64,000 nucleotides of DNA from the human T2T-CHM13v2.0 reference genome, Homo sapiens. The stretch lies in NCBI RefSeq assembly GCF_009914755.1, contig NC_060932.1. The stretch is one strand, 5' to 3'. Below, piece by piece: positions 12,384 to 34,308 of this stretch (positions within the stretch are counted from its first letter, which is position 1; each line of letters starts with the position of its first letter). A program made the translations under genes and the position numbers. Under the pieces are notes generated by a model. It had not been told where the DNA came from. It saw only the letters and a list, made by a program, of their open reading frames with translations, and ran no database searches.

Positions 12384-13003
12384 CAGTCATGTACTGCATG
12401 ACGTTCTCAAGGATGGACTGCATTTATGATAATGGTCCCATAAGATTATAGCGGAGCTGAAAAATTACTATCGCCTGGTGATAGCGTAAAGTTGTAGCGT
12501 ACTTTGTTTTGTAATCCCAGCACTTTGCGGGGCCGAGGTGGGTGAATCACTTGAGGTCAGGAGTTCGAGACCAGCCTGACCAACATGGTGAGACCCTGTC
12601 TGTACTTAGTGTAGCCTAAGTGTATGGTGCTCATAAAATCTACAGCAGTGTATGGTAATGTCCTAGGCCTTTCATTCAGTCACCACTCACTGACTCACCC
12701 AGAGCAGCTTCCAGGTATGCCAGCTCTGTTCATGGTGAGTGCCCTATAAGGTGTGCCATATTTTTACTGTACCTTTTTCATGTTTAGATAGATTAGATAC
12801 ACAAATACTATTGTGTTACAGTTGCCTAAAGTATTCCTTACAGTAACATAGTGTACAGATTTGTAGTCTGGGAGCAATAGGCCCAACCATATAGCCTAGG
12901 TGTGTAGTAGGTTATACCATCTAGGTTTGTGTACGCTAAGGCACAGTGACAAAATCGATGCATCTCTCAGATCATATCCCTCTCGTTAAGTGATGCATAA
13001 CTG
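12384..13003. mobile_element. Tigger3/MER7-type (TcMar-Tigger) non-autonomous DNA transposon with both ends, interrupted by an Alu fragment
   Basis: Begins CAGTCATG...GGTCCCATAAGATTATA and ends CGTTAAGTGATGCATAACTG followed by TA; internal 'tagtgtagcctaagtgta...gtcctaggcc' typical of the family as recalled. Confidence 0.8.
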
Positions 13004-14049
13004 TATGTCATGAAAGGTTACTTTCCTCTAAGTAAGAAAAGTATCTTTTTGTTAATCCCTTGGTAGTTACCAAAAAGTTAATCCTTCTGTTAATTGGACC
13101 TTGGTTATTGTGGACTGTTCATGGGAAAGTCTTTTAAAACATGCTTTCTGAGTCTGTGTTTTGAGCCTTCTATTTCCGAGGTGTCCCTGTATTTATAAGG
13201 ATGTGAGGGACAATTAATAGTTTAATTTTGAGTAACAATTGACTACATCGTCAGAGTCAGGTTTAATGATTAGCTCATTCAGTATCTGACCATTTGGCCC
13301 AGAAGACTTTAAAATTCCTTAATAACAGTGATTACCACTTATTCTTGGTTTAGACCACTTTCTACCTAATTGTGAAATTTTCATAGCCTAAATCACACAT
13401 CCTGTCAACTCTTCCTGGGAGAAACATGCATCCAAATGTATTATTGTTGTAAATTTAGTTAACCTTTACAGAAACTAAGTAATGAATTCAGACCAGTGAT
13501 CTGATTGAAATTTCCAGTTGGAATATATTGATGTCAGTAGCTGAGCAAACAAAAGAATGTAAGGCAGATCTATCAGCCTAATTTGTTTATGGCAGAAATA
13601 AGGGCGGAAGGTTGGTTGGTTGGTTAGTTGGTTGGTTTTTAACACTTTAGGAAGAAAGTCTGAAAGACCTTTCACTGAGGAAAAATCGATTAGAGTTGAG
13701 CCTGTAGCCCATTAAATTCCGTTGTTTCTTATTTATATATTTTACATTATTTATAATTTATTCTTTGTGTTTTATTCAGTAACAGCTAGTTCATAGCCCT
13801 TGTGCTTTTCAAACTTGTTAGCAGTGTCTGACTGTATACCTTATTGTGTACCTAGGATTAGCTTCCTTCTCCATCTTAAATTTAGCTGTATTAGGTTGGC
13901 AAAGCACTGGAGATAAAAATCTGTATGTTTTGTTAACATTCATTCTCTCTGCCCTCAAGGAACTTGTAGTTTAGTAAGGAGAGACAGACATGACCGAAAA
14001 AAGACACAGATAACATGGTAGCAGTATATAATCAGGGTACATTGAAGAA

Positions 14050-16797
<2,748 letters not shown>

Positions 16798-19240
16798 TGG
16801 CGCTCTTGTCAAAATGGATGGACATTTACCTCTGAAATGTGCCCAAGTGCATATTTGCATTCCGTAGGGCTTTTTAGAAAATCACATTGAAGTTCTTTTA
16901 CAAATCTTAACTTTTGAGGATGCTATAGACCATCTTATGTTTTTTTAAAATGCTGGGTTTTTGTTTTGTTGTTGTTTTTTTTTTTAAATGCCGTCGCATT
17001 TACTTGAAGTGCTCATCCACCCATCCCACTCTTGGATCCTTTAAAGCTCTGCTCAGGTCTTGTTTCTTCGAAAAAGCATCCCCACACTTTAAAAACAAAA
17101 AACTGGATTAGATACACCTGCTTTCTGCTCTTATAACACCTTAAGAGTCTTACCCACTAACAGTAACTTCAAATTAGCAACTGAATCATTTTGGTTCCTA
17201 GTGTAGACCCTGGCCAAAGTAGGTATTCATTTAATGTTTATTAAATAAATATGTAAAGTTAGGACTTTTCAAGCATTTTCCTTTGAGTAAAATATTTACT
17301 ATTTTGTAGCCTATGTTCTGGAAATATTGAACATCTAGATAATAGGTTATAAGGATTTTAACTAACTGGACACTTACCTATATTTTCTAAATTTTGGAAG
17401 ACTTGATATTGAGGTCTCATCCAGACTAAAGTTTTACTAAATGGCATCTTTACAAATAAAAAAATTCAAGATTTCATATTTAGCTCTGAATGTCTGTTTC
17501 TTTAAAATCTCCTTGTTTAGCCAGTTTAGACTAATGTCTGAGCTAATTGTGTTTTCCTTTTTGGGAGAGAGGTTAGAAAAGGTCACTACATTTGAAAAGA
17601 CCAGTTGTGGAAATAGTAATTTTTTTTAACTTATCAGTGATATCTGATGTTATCAGTATACTAAAAGTGGACATAGAACGTTAAAGAAGGAACCAAAGAG
17701 GCAAAGATACCTGGAGTTATTAGGGACCTACTTTGAGATTTTGTCTCTGGCACTAAGAATTTATTAATTTATTGAGTTTAGCAAATGATATTGGCAGTTT
17801 ATTTTAGTGCTTTGTGCTTATTTAGCTCTTTAACCCAAATCCTCTAATAATGATCTCCTTAGAGAGTACACATACTCTTGGAAATGATTCATTTTTTTTG
17901 AAGGTCATATTTATTTATGTGGTTTCTTTTTTTTTTTTTTTTGAAGGGCATATTTAATAGCTGCTGCAAACATATGGAATAGTGCTTTAATCAGTGGTGA
18001 ACAAGAAATTGCTGTTGTTGGTTATAAAAACAAGGGACATTAATGTTCTTGTTCTTGTACCATAGTAATGAGAAAAAAAAATAGTGGTTGAATGGTGTTT
18101 AATTTGTACAGTTTGTGTCAAAGTAGAATGGGCAGATATTTTGGTGGATAGGCTTTTGTCTTAGTTATAAAAATTAGGACATTTGGTATGATAAAGGCAG
18201 AGAATCTTAACAATTGGCACTGGCCCAGAAAATTCAGGGTGCAGTGACCATAGCGTGTTATGACTGCTACAGTAGGCATAGCCACCTCCTGAAGTGTTTT
18301 CAACTGCTTGATATACGGACTTTAGGCAGTTCTTGACTTGTACATGCTAATTCACTGCTTCCACAAACAGTTCATAGATATATGCTGCCAGATATTTAGT
18401 GTTGAAAACTTTTGCTTCTTCCAAATATTCATACAATATTCATGCTTTTACTATAATATATAGTAGATTGAACACTGAACCAAATGAGCTTGGGTTCAGG
18501 TACAGCTTGTGTAACAAAGCTTTTAGTGTTGGGCCTGTATCAAAGCAAGATTCTTCCCCCTTATTTGTAATTTCTATAGAGAGCATAGGCAAATTAATAA
18601 AATTTACTCAGTCTCAAAAGGGAAACCAAGTAAACAGAATGATGCTTTTGTGGAAAGTTACACTGTCCAAGTAATTGTTACAGGTGTTTTTAGTATCATT
18701 CTTTACATTTTCACACAAGTCCTAAATTGTTCATTCCTCTTTGCTACATGATACGAAATTTCACAACATACTGGTTTTTTTTTTCTTTTAACCAAATATT
18801 TGCAGTAATCCAATACAACATACTGGTTTAATACAAGAGCTTAGGTTAAATAAGTCTCATTATTACCTTATTTCCTTTCTCCAGTTCCCCAAAAACAAAA
18901 ATAAGGGTATTACTCATGAATGGACTTGTTTTGATTCCTCTATCCGTGACTTAACAGTTTTTGCAGAATTGGATCTTTTGGTAGGAGGAGAAAATAGCTA
19001 ATTTAGAGCATGGAACATTATTATATGGTGGGGGGGGGCATGGGTGGGAGTTTTTTGGTATAAGGGCTTTATGCACTTGGCACAAGAAGGGTATGGGAAG
19101 GTTGCCAAGGATCAGTCAAAAATGAGGAAATTTCTCTACTTTGTGTGCTTCATTCTGTAGTGATCATATACTCCAGATTCGTAGAGTTTTTCATACTATT
19201 CCATTTTCACAGTGAAACAGTTGAAGTGTGTCCTGGAATC

Positions 19241-19516
19241 TTTTTTTTTTTTTTTTTTTTTTGAGACAGGTCTCAGTCTGTTGCCCAGACTGGAGTGCAG
19301 TGGCATGATCTTGGCTCACCACAACCTCTGCCTCAGCCTCCCAAGTAGCTGACATTACAGGCGTGCCCCACTACTGCCCAGCTAATGTTTGTATTTTTAG
19401 TAGAGACGGGGTTTCACCACATTGGCCAGGCTGGTCTTGAACTCCTGACCTCAAATGATCTACCCACCTCAGCCTTTCAGTGCTGGGATTACAGGCGTGA
19501 GCCACCATGCCTGGCC
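19241..19516 (-). mobile_element. Alu with small internal deletion
   Basis: Antisense Alu flanked by repeat tgtcctggaat. Confidence 0.9.
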
Positions 19517-21049
19517 ATGTCCTGGAATATTATTTGGGTTCTTTCAGTTGACTTCTCATACCTGGGAGCAGCACTATAATTTTTAGATGGACTGGGTTAG
19601 TTTCAGAGAATTGAGATGACAGCGTCTGTGGCCTCCTGTGACATGCACCCAAGTAAAGCTAAAATTTTTATGATTTAGCCATGCACATGATTGCATTAAG
19701 TCATGTTTCGTGATTGTTTAGGGATCCACCATTTAGGATATTGTTTGTGAGACTACTTTTGCAGTCTCGTCATCTCTACACCACTAACTCTCTTCTAAGC
19801 ATGTCAGTACTTTGAGCCTGTTTACACTCTAGTGTTTATTTCTCCATGTTTTTCTCCATGCTCGTAAAATCATAGATCCATACATATGTGTATATATTTT
19901 ATTATTTTATAGAAATGGTCTATGTTTAACTTAATATTTTGTGCCAAAGAATTGACACTTGAATAAGGTCAGTATTTTCAGTTATCTTTTCTACTAGAAA
20001 TGGTCTAAGCAATTTTTCTCTTGGGAAAGAGATGATTACTTCATTTGTTTAGCAAAGTGTGGCAGGCACTAATCAAAGTGCTGGAGGGATATTCAGCTCT
20101 GCCTTGAGGGAGCTTACCCACCTAGTCACTGTATGAGGAAAGTCATAAAGTTTTAACTAACATTTGTAATACTGACTTATCGTTTAAGGAAAAGGCTCAG
20201 GGATAGTGACTTTCCAAGGACACGCAGTTAATGGCTGATACAGACAGCATTCTGAATTCTGGATCATACTTTTATTCTTACGATTATATCACATAATTTT
20301 AATTGTGACGCCAAGTAGAACTATAATGAATACCTGTATAATAAGAAGCAAAATTTATAAACATTTAGAATTTTGAATTCAGGAATTTTAATTTACCTTA
20401 CAGTTTATAGTACTTATGACCCTAAAGAGATAAAGCGTTTTGAAAGTTGATAGGAAATTATATAACTAGATATTCCTATAGTTGAAGCAAATTTTCCCCT
20501 TAGGGTCTTACCTTTATCTCTAGTTAGATTTAATTAACTTCATTGACCTAAACTGTTTGATTTTAATGTTTGCCAAGACTTAAAATTTACCTTTTTATTA
20601 ATGGTAGATAGGGTGATATGCCTAGCATAAAATATAACTTGGATATTTTAAGTTCGATCGGGGGAGACTGTTGCTTTTCTATAGAGATAAAGCAAACATT
20701 TAATTCCTATAAGAGAAAGTTTCTTTTCTTAAGAAAATAATTGCTCTTTTTAATTTTAATTTTAAGAAATTCTCAATTCATGTTCTTAGCTTATATTTGA
20801 AACATATAACATGATGAATGTTATTTTTAAAATGAAACCCTGCTGATCTTCAGTCAGATGTGTTTGATTTTTTTCTTTTTTAATAATAGCAGTGGGTTGC
20901 ACCACCACTGTTCACTCCATTTCTTGATTACTCACAAATTAATATATTTGATTATCGCTTTTTAAAAACTTGATAATTGTTTTCCTTGGTTTGGGAGTTT
21001 TTAAAAAAGTCAATAAAGTTTAATATTAATGTTTTTTATCCAATTACAG

Positions 21050-21938
21050 GAGTCAGAAATACCATCAGAGGAGGGGTACTGTGACTTTAATAGTAGGCCA
21101 AATGAGAACTCTTATTGCTATCAACTTCTGCGACAACTAAATGAACAGAGAAAGAAAGGTATTCTTTGTGATGTCAGCATTGTGGTAAGCGGAAAAATCT
21201 TCAAAGCTCATAAGAACATCCTGGTTGCAGGCAGCCGTTTCTTTAAGACTTTATATTGCTTTTCAAACAAAGAAAGCCCTAACCAAAACAATACTACCCA
21301 CTTAGATATTGCTGCAGTTCAAGGTTTTTCAGTCATCTTGGACTTCTTGTATTCTGGTAACCTGGTGCTCACAAGCCAAAATGCCATTGAAGTTATGACC
21401 GTGGCCAGCTATCTTCAAATGAGTGAAGTTGTTCAAACTTGCCGAAATTTCATTAAAGATGCCTTAAATATAAGCATTAAATCAGAAGCTCCAGAGTCTG
21501 TAGTTGTGGACTATAATAATAGAAAACCAGTTAATAGAGATGGTCTGTCTTCATCACGGGATCAAAAAATTGCCAGTTTTTGGGCAACACGGAATCTTAC
21601 CAATTTGGCAAGTAATGTAAAGATTGAAAATGATGGTTGTAATGTCGACGAGGGCCAAATAGAAAACTACCAAATGAATGACAGTAGTTGGGTCCAGGAT
21701 GGATCTCCTGAAATGGCTGAAAATGAATCTGAAGGTCAAACAAAAGTGTTTATTTGGAATAATATGGGCTCCCAGGGAATTCAAGAGACTGGCAAAACAA
21801 GGAGGAAAAACCAAACTACAAAAAGATTTATTTATAATATTCCACCTAATAATGAAACGAATTTAGAAGATTGCTCAGTAATGCAGCCACCTGTTGCCTA
21901 TCCAGAAGAAAATACACTACTCATCAAGGAAGAACCAG
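21050..21938 (+). CDS. ZBTB10: ZBTB10 coding exon 2: BTB/POZ domain (~21113-21460) and linker
   Basis: Acceptor ttacag|GAG; BTB signature [40 protein letters not shown]...[10 protein letters not shown]...ASYLQM; donor CCAG|GTAAAT (phase 1); 889 nt. Confidence 0.97.
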
Positions 21939-22434
21939 GTAAATATTATCTATACAAGGATACTTCCTTGTTCATCCTAATTCTAGTTGGATATAATCTT
22001 GAAGTATATTTTTAATTGAATTATTTTAGTTATAAAGTAATACTAAAGTTGTTTACAAAAGAAGGGGGAACGTCATTCAAATGCATAACATATTTGGTAT
22101 ATTTTCTTTGTCTTTTTTCAACACATATATATGTGGGTTTATCAAAAGATGTATTAATAGCCAGGTATTGCATATATTGTCAAGGAACGTGGACTCTGCT
22201 GCATGTACGGGTCTTTGACTTTCCTCATTTTTAGCCTCTGTGCTCACTATTTTATACCCAGTGTTGGGAAAGATAGAATCTTTAGTTGTAATATATAATC
22301 ACTGTCGTTTCAGAGACCCCCTTAACCTTTTTTATTTTATTTTTGGCTGTTAAAACATATTTAAGTGTTTCAAAGAATTTTGCCAATTATGAGATTATGG
22401 TATTCTAGTTTGTTTAGGGCTACTGTTCTTCTGT

Positions 22435-28185
<5,751 letters not shown>

Positions 28186-28537
28186 AAATATTCATGTTTT
28201 ATTGTATAAATATTAGTGTTTTGTATAAATATTCATGTTTTCATTATAGGGTGCTACTCCAGACCCCACATGGGGTGTTACAGTCATAGCTATAAAATCT
28301 GAAAAATTCTGCATTCTAAATCTTACCCCAAGGGTCTCACGTAACAGATTTATGGATCTGAATTAGTTTTTATTCTCTTAGGAGATTCCGAGTGTTTTGC
28401 TAAACCTCTTAGGCATCCTATGGAGTATGCTATGAAGGATGAGATGCAAGTCAGAATTTAATTTCATTTTTCATTAGCAACTTGGGGGGGTTCTAATAAT
28501 TAGGGGGAGGGTGCTGAAGGCCAGATGCTTACTTATG

Positions 28538-29452
28538 TATTTATTTATTTTATTTTATTAAGAGACAAGATCTCCCTCTGAGGCCGGGTGCAGTGGCTCG
28601 CGCCTGTAATCCCAGCACTTTGGGAGGCCGAGGCAGGTGGATCACGAGGGCAAGAGATCGAGATCATCCTGGCCAACATGGTGAAACCCCATCTCTACTA
28701 AAAATACAAAAATTAGCTGGGTGTGGTGGCGCGCGCCTGTAATCCCAGCTACTCGGGAGGCTGAGGCAGGAGAATCACTTTAACCCGGGAGGCAGAGGTT
28801 GCAGTGAGCCAAGACCATGCCACTGCACTCCAGCTGGGTGACAGAGCGAGACTCAGTCTCAAAAGAAGAAAAGAAAAAAAAAACAGCTGGGCACGGTGGC
28901 TCACGCCTGTAATCCCAGCACTTTGGGAGGCCGAGGCGGGTGGTTCACAAGGTCAGGAGATCGAGACCATCCTGGCTAACACAGTGAAACCCCGTCTCTA
29001 CTAAAAATACAAAAAAAAATTAGCCAGGCATGGTGGCGGGCACATGTAGTCCCAGCTACTTGGGGGGCTGAGGCAGGAGAATGGCTTGAACCCGGGAGCA
29101 GAGGTTGCAGTGAGCTGAGATCGCGCCACTGCACTCCAGCCTGGGGCACAGAGCCAGACTCCATCTCAAAAAAAAAATCTCCCTCTGTCACCCAGGCTGG
29201 AGTGCAGTGATCATAGCTCACTGCAGCCTCAAATCCCTGGGCTCAAGTGATCCTCCTGCCTCAGCCTCCTGAGTACCTGGGCACACCTACAGGCATGGGC
29301 CACCACTCTTGGCTAATTTTTTTTAGATTTTTAAAATAGAGACAGGGTCTCGTTATGTTGCCCACACTGGTGTCCAGCTCTTGGGCTCAACTCTCCTCCT
29401 GCCTCAGCCTCCCAGAGTGCTGGGGTTGCAGGCATGAGCCACTGTACCCAGC
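28538..29452. mobile_element. Antisense AluJ-like element interrupted by two younger sense Alus (28582-28883, 28886-29177)
   Basis: Target-site duplication ATCTCCCTCTG at 28570-28580 and 29177-29187 lies within the old Alu. Confidence 0.9.
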
Positions 29453-32197
29453 CCTGATGCTTATTTTTAAAAATAAATAATAGTTAATGAGTTATATGAT
29501 ATACTAATGCATAAGAATCTTCAGTATTTAATTTTAAAAGATGGTAGTAGGCAACCATATGGTAGGTGAAATAGTAGTCTGCCACTGTTTCCCCTTTTGC
29601 TGTGCTTACTGTTGCTTTCCTTCCCTGTATCATACTTGACCCAAGAAGTGGCTACACTGTTGATTATTACCTGTAAGTTAGAAACTCTTTAAGTGGTCAG
29701 AATAAAGCTGAAGAGCTGAAGAAGTCTTATGTGGGTCAGTTAAGGCATTTTTGTGACTTCTTCCTGCTGAAGGTGTTAAGTTGTCTAAACCATATAAATG
29801 TCAGTCCCTGAAAGTTTTTTATAGAACTGAATTTTTGGTTTCTGATACAGACTTAATATATAGTAGGGTGACCAGATAGTGTAAATTTTCATTCAAAGCT
29901 TTACTCTTCAGAAATGTTATAACTTTCTGGGAACTCCAAAATAGCTTTCCACATATAATAGGAAATTTGGAAACGTTTTTATTTAAAATCTAAAGACACT
30001 GAGCAATAGGCCACATAATGTCAAGATTGAGGAGTCCCTTATGCGGAACTTATTCACAATAGGGTGACTGTGGGGTAGAAACATACTCAGTGCCATGTGA
30101 TAAATGTTAAAATTAGATTATTTAAGATGCATGAAGGGGTGCAGTGGAACAGTCCTAACTGCCCAGAGGAGTTGGGAAAGCTTCATAGAGAAGGCAGTGT
30201 GAGTGGATCTTTTGTTATGTAGGAGTTTGCTAGGAGGGGAAGAAGAGCATTCGTTGACTTGCAAGATGGGAAGAAATTGGAATAAGTGGGTCGAAGAATA
30301 GAAAAGGGGTAGTGTTGTGGGGACATCTCCAATTTCCTACTACCTTGTCTATAGGTATAACTAGTTATTTTTGTATTGTAATAAATTCTGACTTGTTTTA
30401 CAGACTCTGAAGTAGTGAGTGGTTTTTTTAACTAGAGATTTGATCTGTTTATATTGCATTTAAGACTAAAAAGTTTAAGAGCATTTTTCATGGATTGGAG
30501 GTGGGGCATGTACTGGGGGGACCTGTTAGGGAGAAATAACAGCACTTTGGAATAATGCAAGGAAGAAACAGTTGAGCCTAGTCTAAGTAAGATGGGGCAG
30601 TCACTTGTCAATGAGTTTGCGAGTGAAAGGGAAGCTATTTTGAGTTTAAAAGGCTGCTACAGGAACTGTAAAGGGTGGTTTATATAATACATTTGCAACT
30701 GAATTTACTCTCCACTGAAAGGAGAAAACTGAAGAGAAAAAATCTATACCTGTTTATGGGGGGGAAAAGCACCAAACACATTTACTTTTAGTTCTGAAAC
30801 TGTCACCGTAAGAGAAACTTGTGCTAATATGTGTTTATATGAAAATGAAAGTTGAGTAGATCTGAGTCTGAGTTTTTATACAACTTGTTTAGCTGTTTCT
30901 TAAAACTTCTTTCCCAGGGTCTTGTCTCATATCTTTTCAAGAATATTTGTGTTCTGAGAAAATCTGGATTAGTCTGCACTTGCCTAATGGTTGGAATATT
31001 GAGAACCACAAGCAAATAGTCAGGGAAACCTTTCCAACTCAGTCTTGTTTAATTTAGCATTCACAGGCAGGTGCTGTACTACTCACTTCGCACGTGATTT
31101 GAAAGGGTTGCTAGCCCACCGTGATCTAAAATTCCTGTCATGACCAAGGCACCAAGATTAGTCTTGTCTTTAATGATACCTTGTTTTGTCTTGTACTTTG
31201 CTCAATATTTTCATTTACTAATATCATTGGTCATGGGCACATTTTTGGGAGGTAGAGACTGAGATTTAGACCAGTCTTTTAATCCCATCTCATTCTTTTT
31301 CCACTGTTACCAGATTTTCAAAAATCTATGGTAATATTTTCATTTTTTTTTAGGAGATAGGGTCTTGGTCTTTCACCCATGGAGGGAGTGCAGTGGCATG
31401 ATCATAGCTTGCTGCAGCCTTGAACTTGTGGGCTCAAGCGATCCTCCTACCTTGGCTTCCTCCCAAAGTGCTGGGATTACAGACATGAGCCATTGTACCC
31501 GTCCTTCCATGAATAGTACCTCTCATGAAGATATTATTTAAAATGCAATACATGGTTAATTAGAGAAGTATATAAATGTGAATTCTAAGGAGGAGATTGC
31601 TTTAAAGTAGACAAAAAGTATTACTGTAAAGAGCAATGATAGCTAGTACCTTGGTATCCTTAAGATTTTGGAGAATATATTGTTAAATAAAGGGAAGGTA
31701 ATAAAGTGGATGCTGGTTTAACACAGAGTGGAATTAATGTTTATTTTTGTTCATTTCACAAAAAGAGCATATCAAGTATCAGTAGCAAAGTACGTGTGAA
31801 TATACTTCTGCACTCGTGTTCCCAGCATTGCAAATTGTAGTTTTTTGATTGCCTGCTTATGTGCCAGGCCCTGAGGCTTGGTGCTTGTGATAAACTGTCA
31901 GGAAGCAATGTAATACAGTTACTAAATAGTGCAGACCTCTGCCACTAGCTTGTTATTTAACCTCCCTCAGCCTTAGTTTACTCATTGATAAAAAGTTGAA
32001 AGATTTTACTGCCGGATGCATACAATCCATTTTTGTTATAGGGGTTGCTACTATCTGTTCACTGAGAAAAGACATTTTTTTAAAATAGGAGAAATCCTAC
32101 ATGGCTTGTCATTTAGCTCTGGTCATTTGAATATTACATACCACTCATGTACCTGCCACCAGTCAGAAAAATAGCCGTCATTTTGTGAAACCAGTGT

Positions 32198-32199
<2 letters not shown>

Positions 32200-32229
<30 letters not shown>
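32200..32229. repeat. (GT)n microsatellite adjoining the Y1 fragment
   Basis: Direct reading. Confidence 0.9.
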
Positions 32230-32232
<3 letters not shown>

Positions 32233-32263
32233 AGACAAGTGCAGTAGTGAGAAGAGGGGAAAG
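32233..32263 (-). pseudogene. 5'-truncated Y1 RNA 3'-end retrocopy
   Basis: CAAGTGCAGTAGTGAGAAGAGGGGAAAG is the reverse complement of the hY1 3' part; flanked by imperfect direct repeats GAAACCAGTGT (32187) and GAAACTAATGT (32264). Confidence 0.75.
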
Positions 32264-33609
32264 GAAACTAATGTTTGAATTAGTCTTCAGAAAGGATTTC
32301 TGCTGTTTGCAAAGAAATCTTAGCCCTTTTTTTGCTACCTTTAAATGAAGCATAAGATTCCCATAGGAAGATGCTGGATATCACAAAAGCAGGTGTATTA
32401 GAGTTTATTTTGTAATCTTGTAATTTTAGAGAAAAAGATGATGACCAAGAGTTGCTATCATGCTTCCTAATGAAGCAAAATTCATTCGTGTCAATTAAGT
32501 GGTTGGTTGTTTGGTTTCTATTCCATTCACATCAACATCTCTAATAATGAGTTGCTAGGTGGTTTGGCTGGTTTTGAATAAGGTAAGCAGTGACGTAATA
32601 TATTGGTTCCTGAAAGTTAAGCACACTATTGTCAAAAGATTGTCAACTTGGAAGAACTCACCTGTTTTTGAGATTTGTTTTTGATATCAAGAACCACGTA
32701 GTTGGTGCCTTTCAAAAGAGACACAAGACAAATATACTTGATATTTATTTTGTAAGGTTTTGGCTGAGGAGGTCTATACTTGTTGTCCATGTAGAATTAG
32801 AAATCACAAATTCTAATATAATACTTTAGGGCTAGGGTAGGAGATAGGAAATGCCTCTTAAGAGTTGAGGAAAGCCTTCAACAATTCACTGTAGAATTTT
32901 GCATAAATAGAAACCTGTATTTGGAAACCCACTTGGCAGAATTGTAAGACATGTCCTTGAACAGACTGCATTTCAGAATAATGACTTTTTTAAAAAAAGA
33001 TTGAGAAATCTAGTGAAATTGAATAATTGTATTTTTTATTTTTATTTCAATTTTGTTGAGACAGGGTCTCACTCTTGCCCAGGCTGTAGTATAGTGGTGT
33101 GATTGTAGCTCACTGGAGCCTTGGACTCCTGGGCTCAAGCCATTCTCCCGCCTCAGCCTCCTCAGTGGCTAGGACTAGCACATGCCTGGCCAATTTTATT
33201 TTTTGATTATTGAAATACATTTAACTTTAAGAAAACAAAACCACTAAATTTCAATTAAATATTTTCAGTTCATGATAGGTTTTAGTTTAATTGTAGACCA
33301 AAAAACCAAATTATTCTTCAGATACCATGAATTAAAACTAAACTTTGTTTAGTGATATAAGTTGCAAAGGGCAAGACTATTCAAGCCAGCATTTAACTCT
33401 AATACATATATATCCCAAAGTGCTGGGATTACAGGCTTGAAGCCCCACCATGCATGGCAAACGATATTTTTAAAAGCCTTTTATTTATCATGCATTATGA
33501 TAAATACTAGGAAAATACCTAAATAGTATCCTATCTAGCTATTATCCTAGATACCTGAACAGTATCCCCGTTCTTAAGGATTGGGCAAAGGAGTTCTGTA
33601 TCTATTTAC

Positions 33610-33673
33610 TGTTATTTAATGTGGTACCACATTAAATAACATTTACCACATTTAATGTGGTACCACATTAAAT
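33610..33673. repeat. Two adjacent perfect palindromes (32 bp and 24 bp)
   Basis: TGTTATTTAATGTGGTACCACATTAAATAACA (33610-33641) and ATTTAATGTGGTACCACATTAAAT (33650-33673) are each self-complementary. Confidence 0.95.
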
Positions 33674-33926
33674 ACTTGTTCATTGTTCTGACTTCCAACC
33701 CATTTACTCTAAGCAATAATGCTACATTCTACTAATTTCACCTTACAGAGAAAAGAGAAGCCAACAGCCTGGTGGAATATCCTTAAGTTCTGGCTTTAGC
33801 TCTCTCTATGTACACTGCTTGTCTCTGCTGTCTCTCTTAAGTACCCAGACCCGTGCTCCTGTATCACAAGACTCCTTAGGAATCTTACACAATGGATAAT
33901 TCCTTCTCTTCGCAGCAATATCTTTA

Positions 33927-34308
<382 letters not shown>

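Noticed and set aside
21029-21049. ATG 21029 as an independent start for the BTB ORF (MFFIQLQ...)
   Set aside because: It lies in the polypyrimidine tract/acceptor of exon 2 with poor context; the read-through to 22015 is intronic past the 21938 donor.
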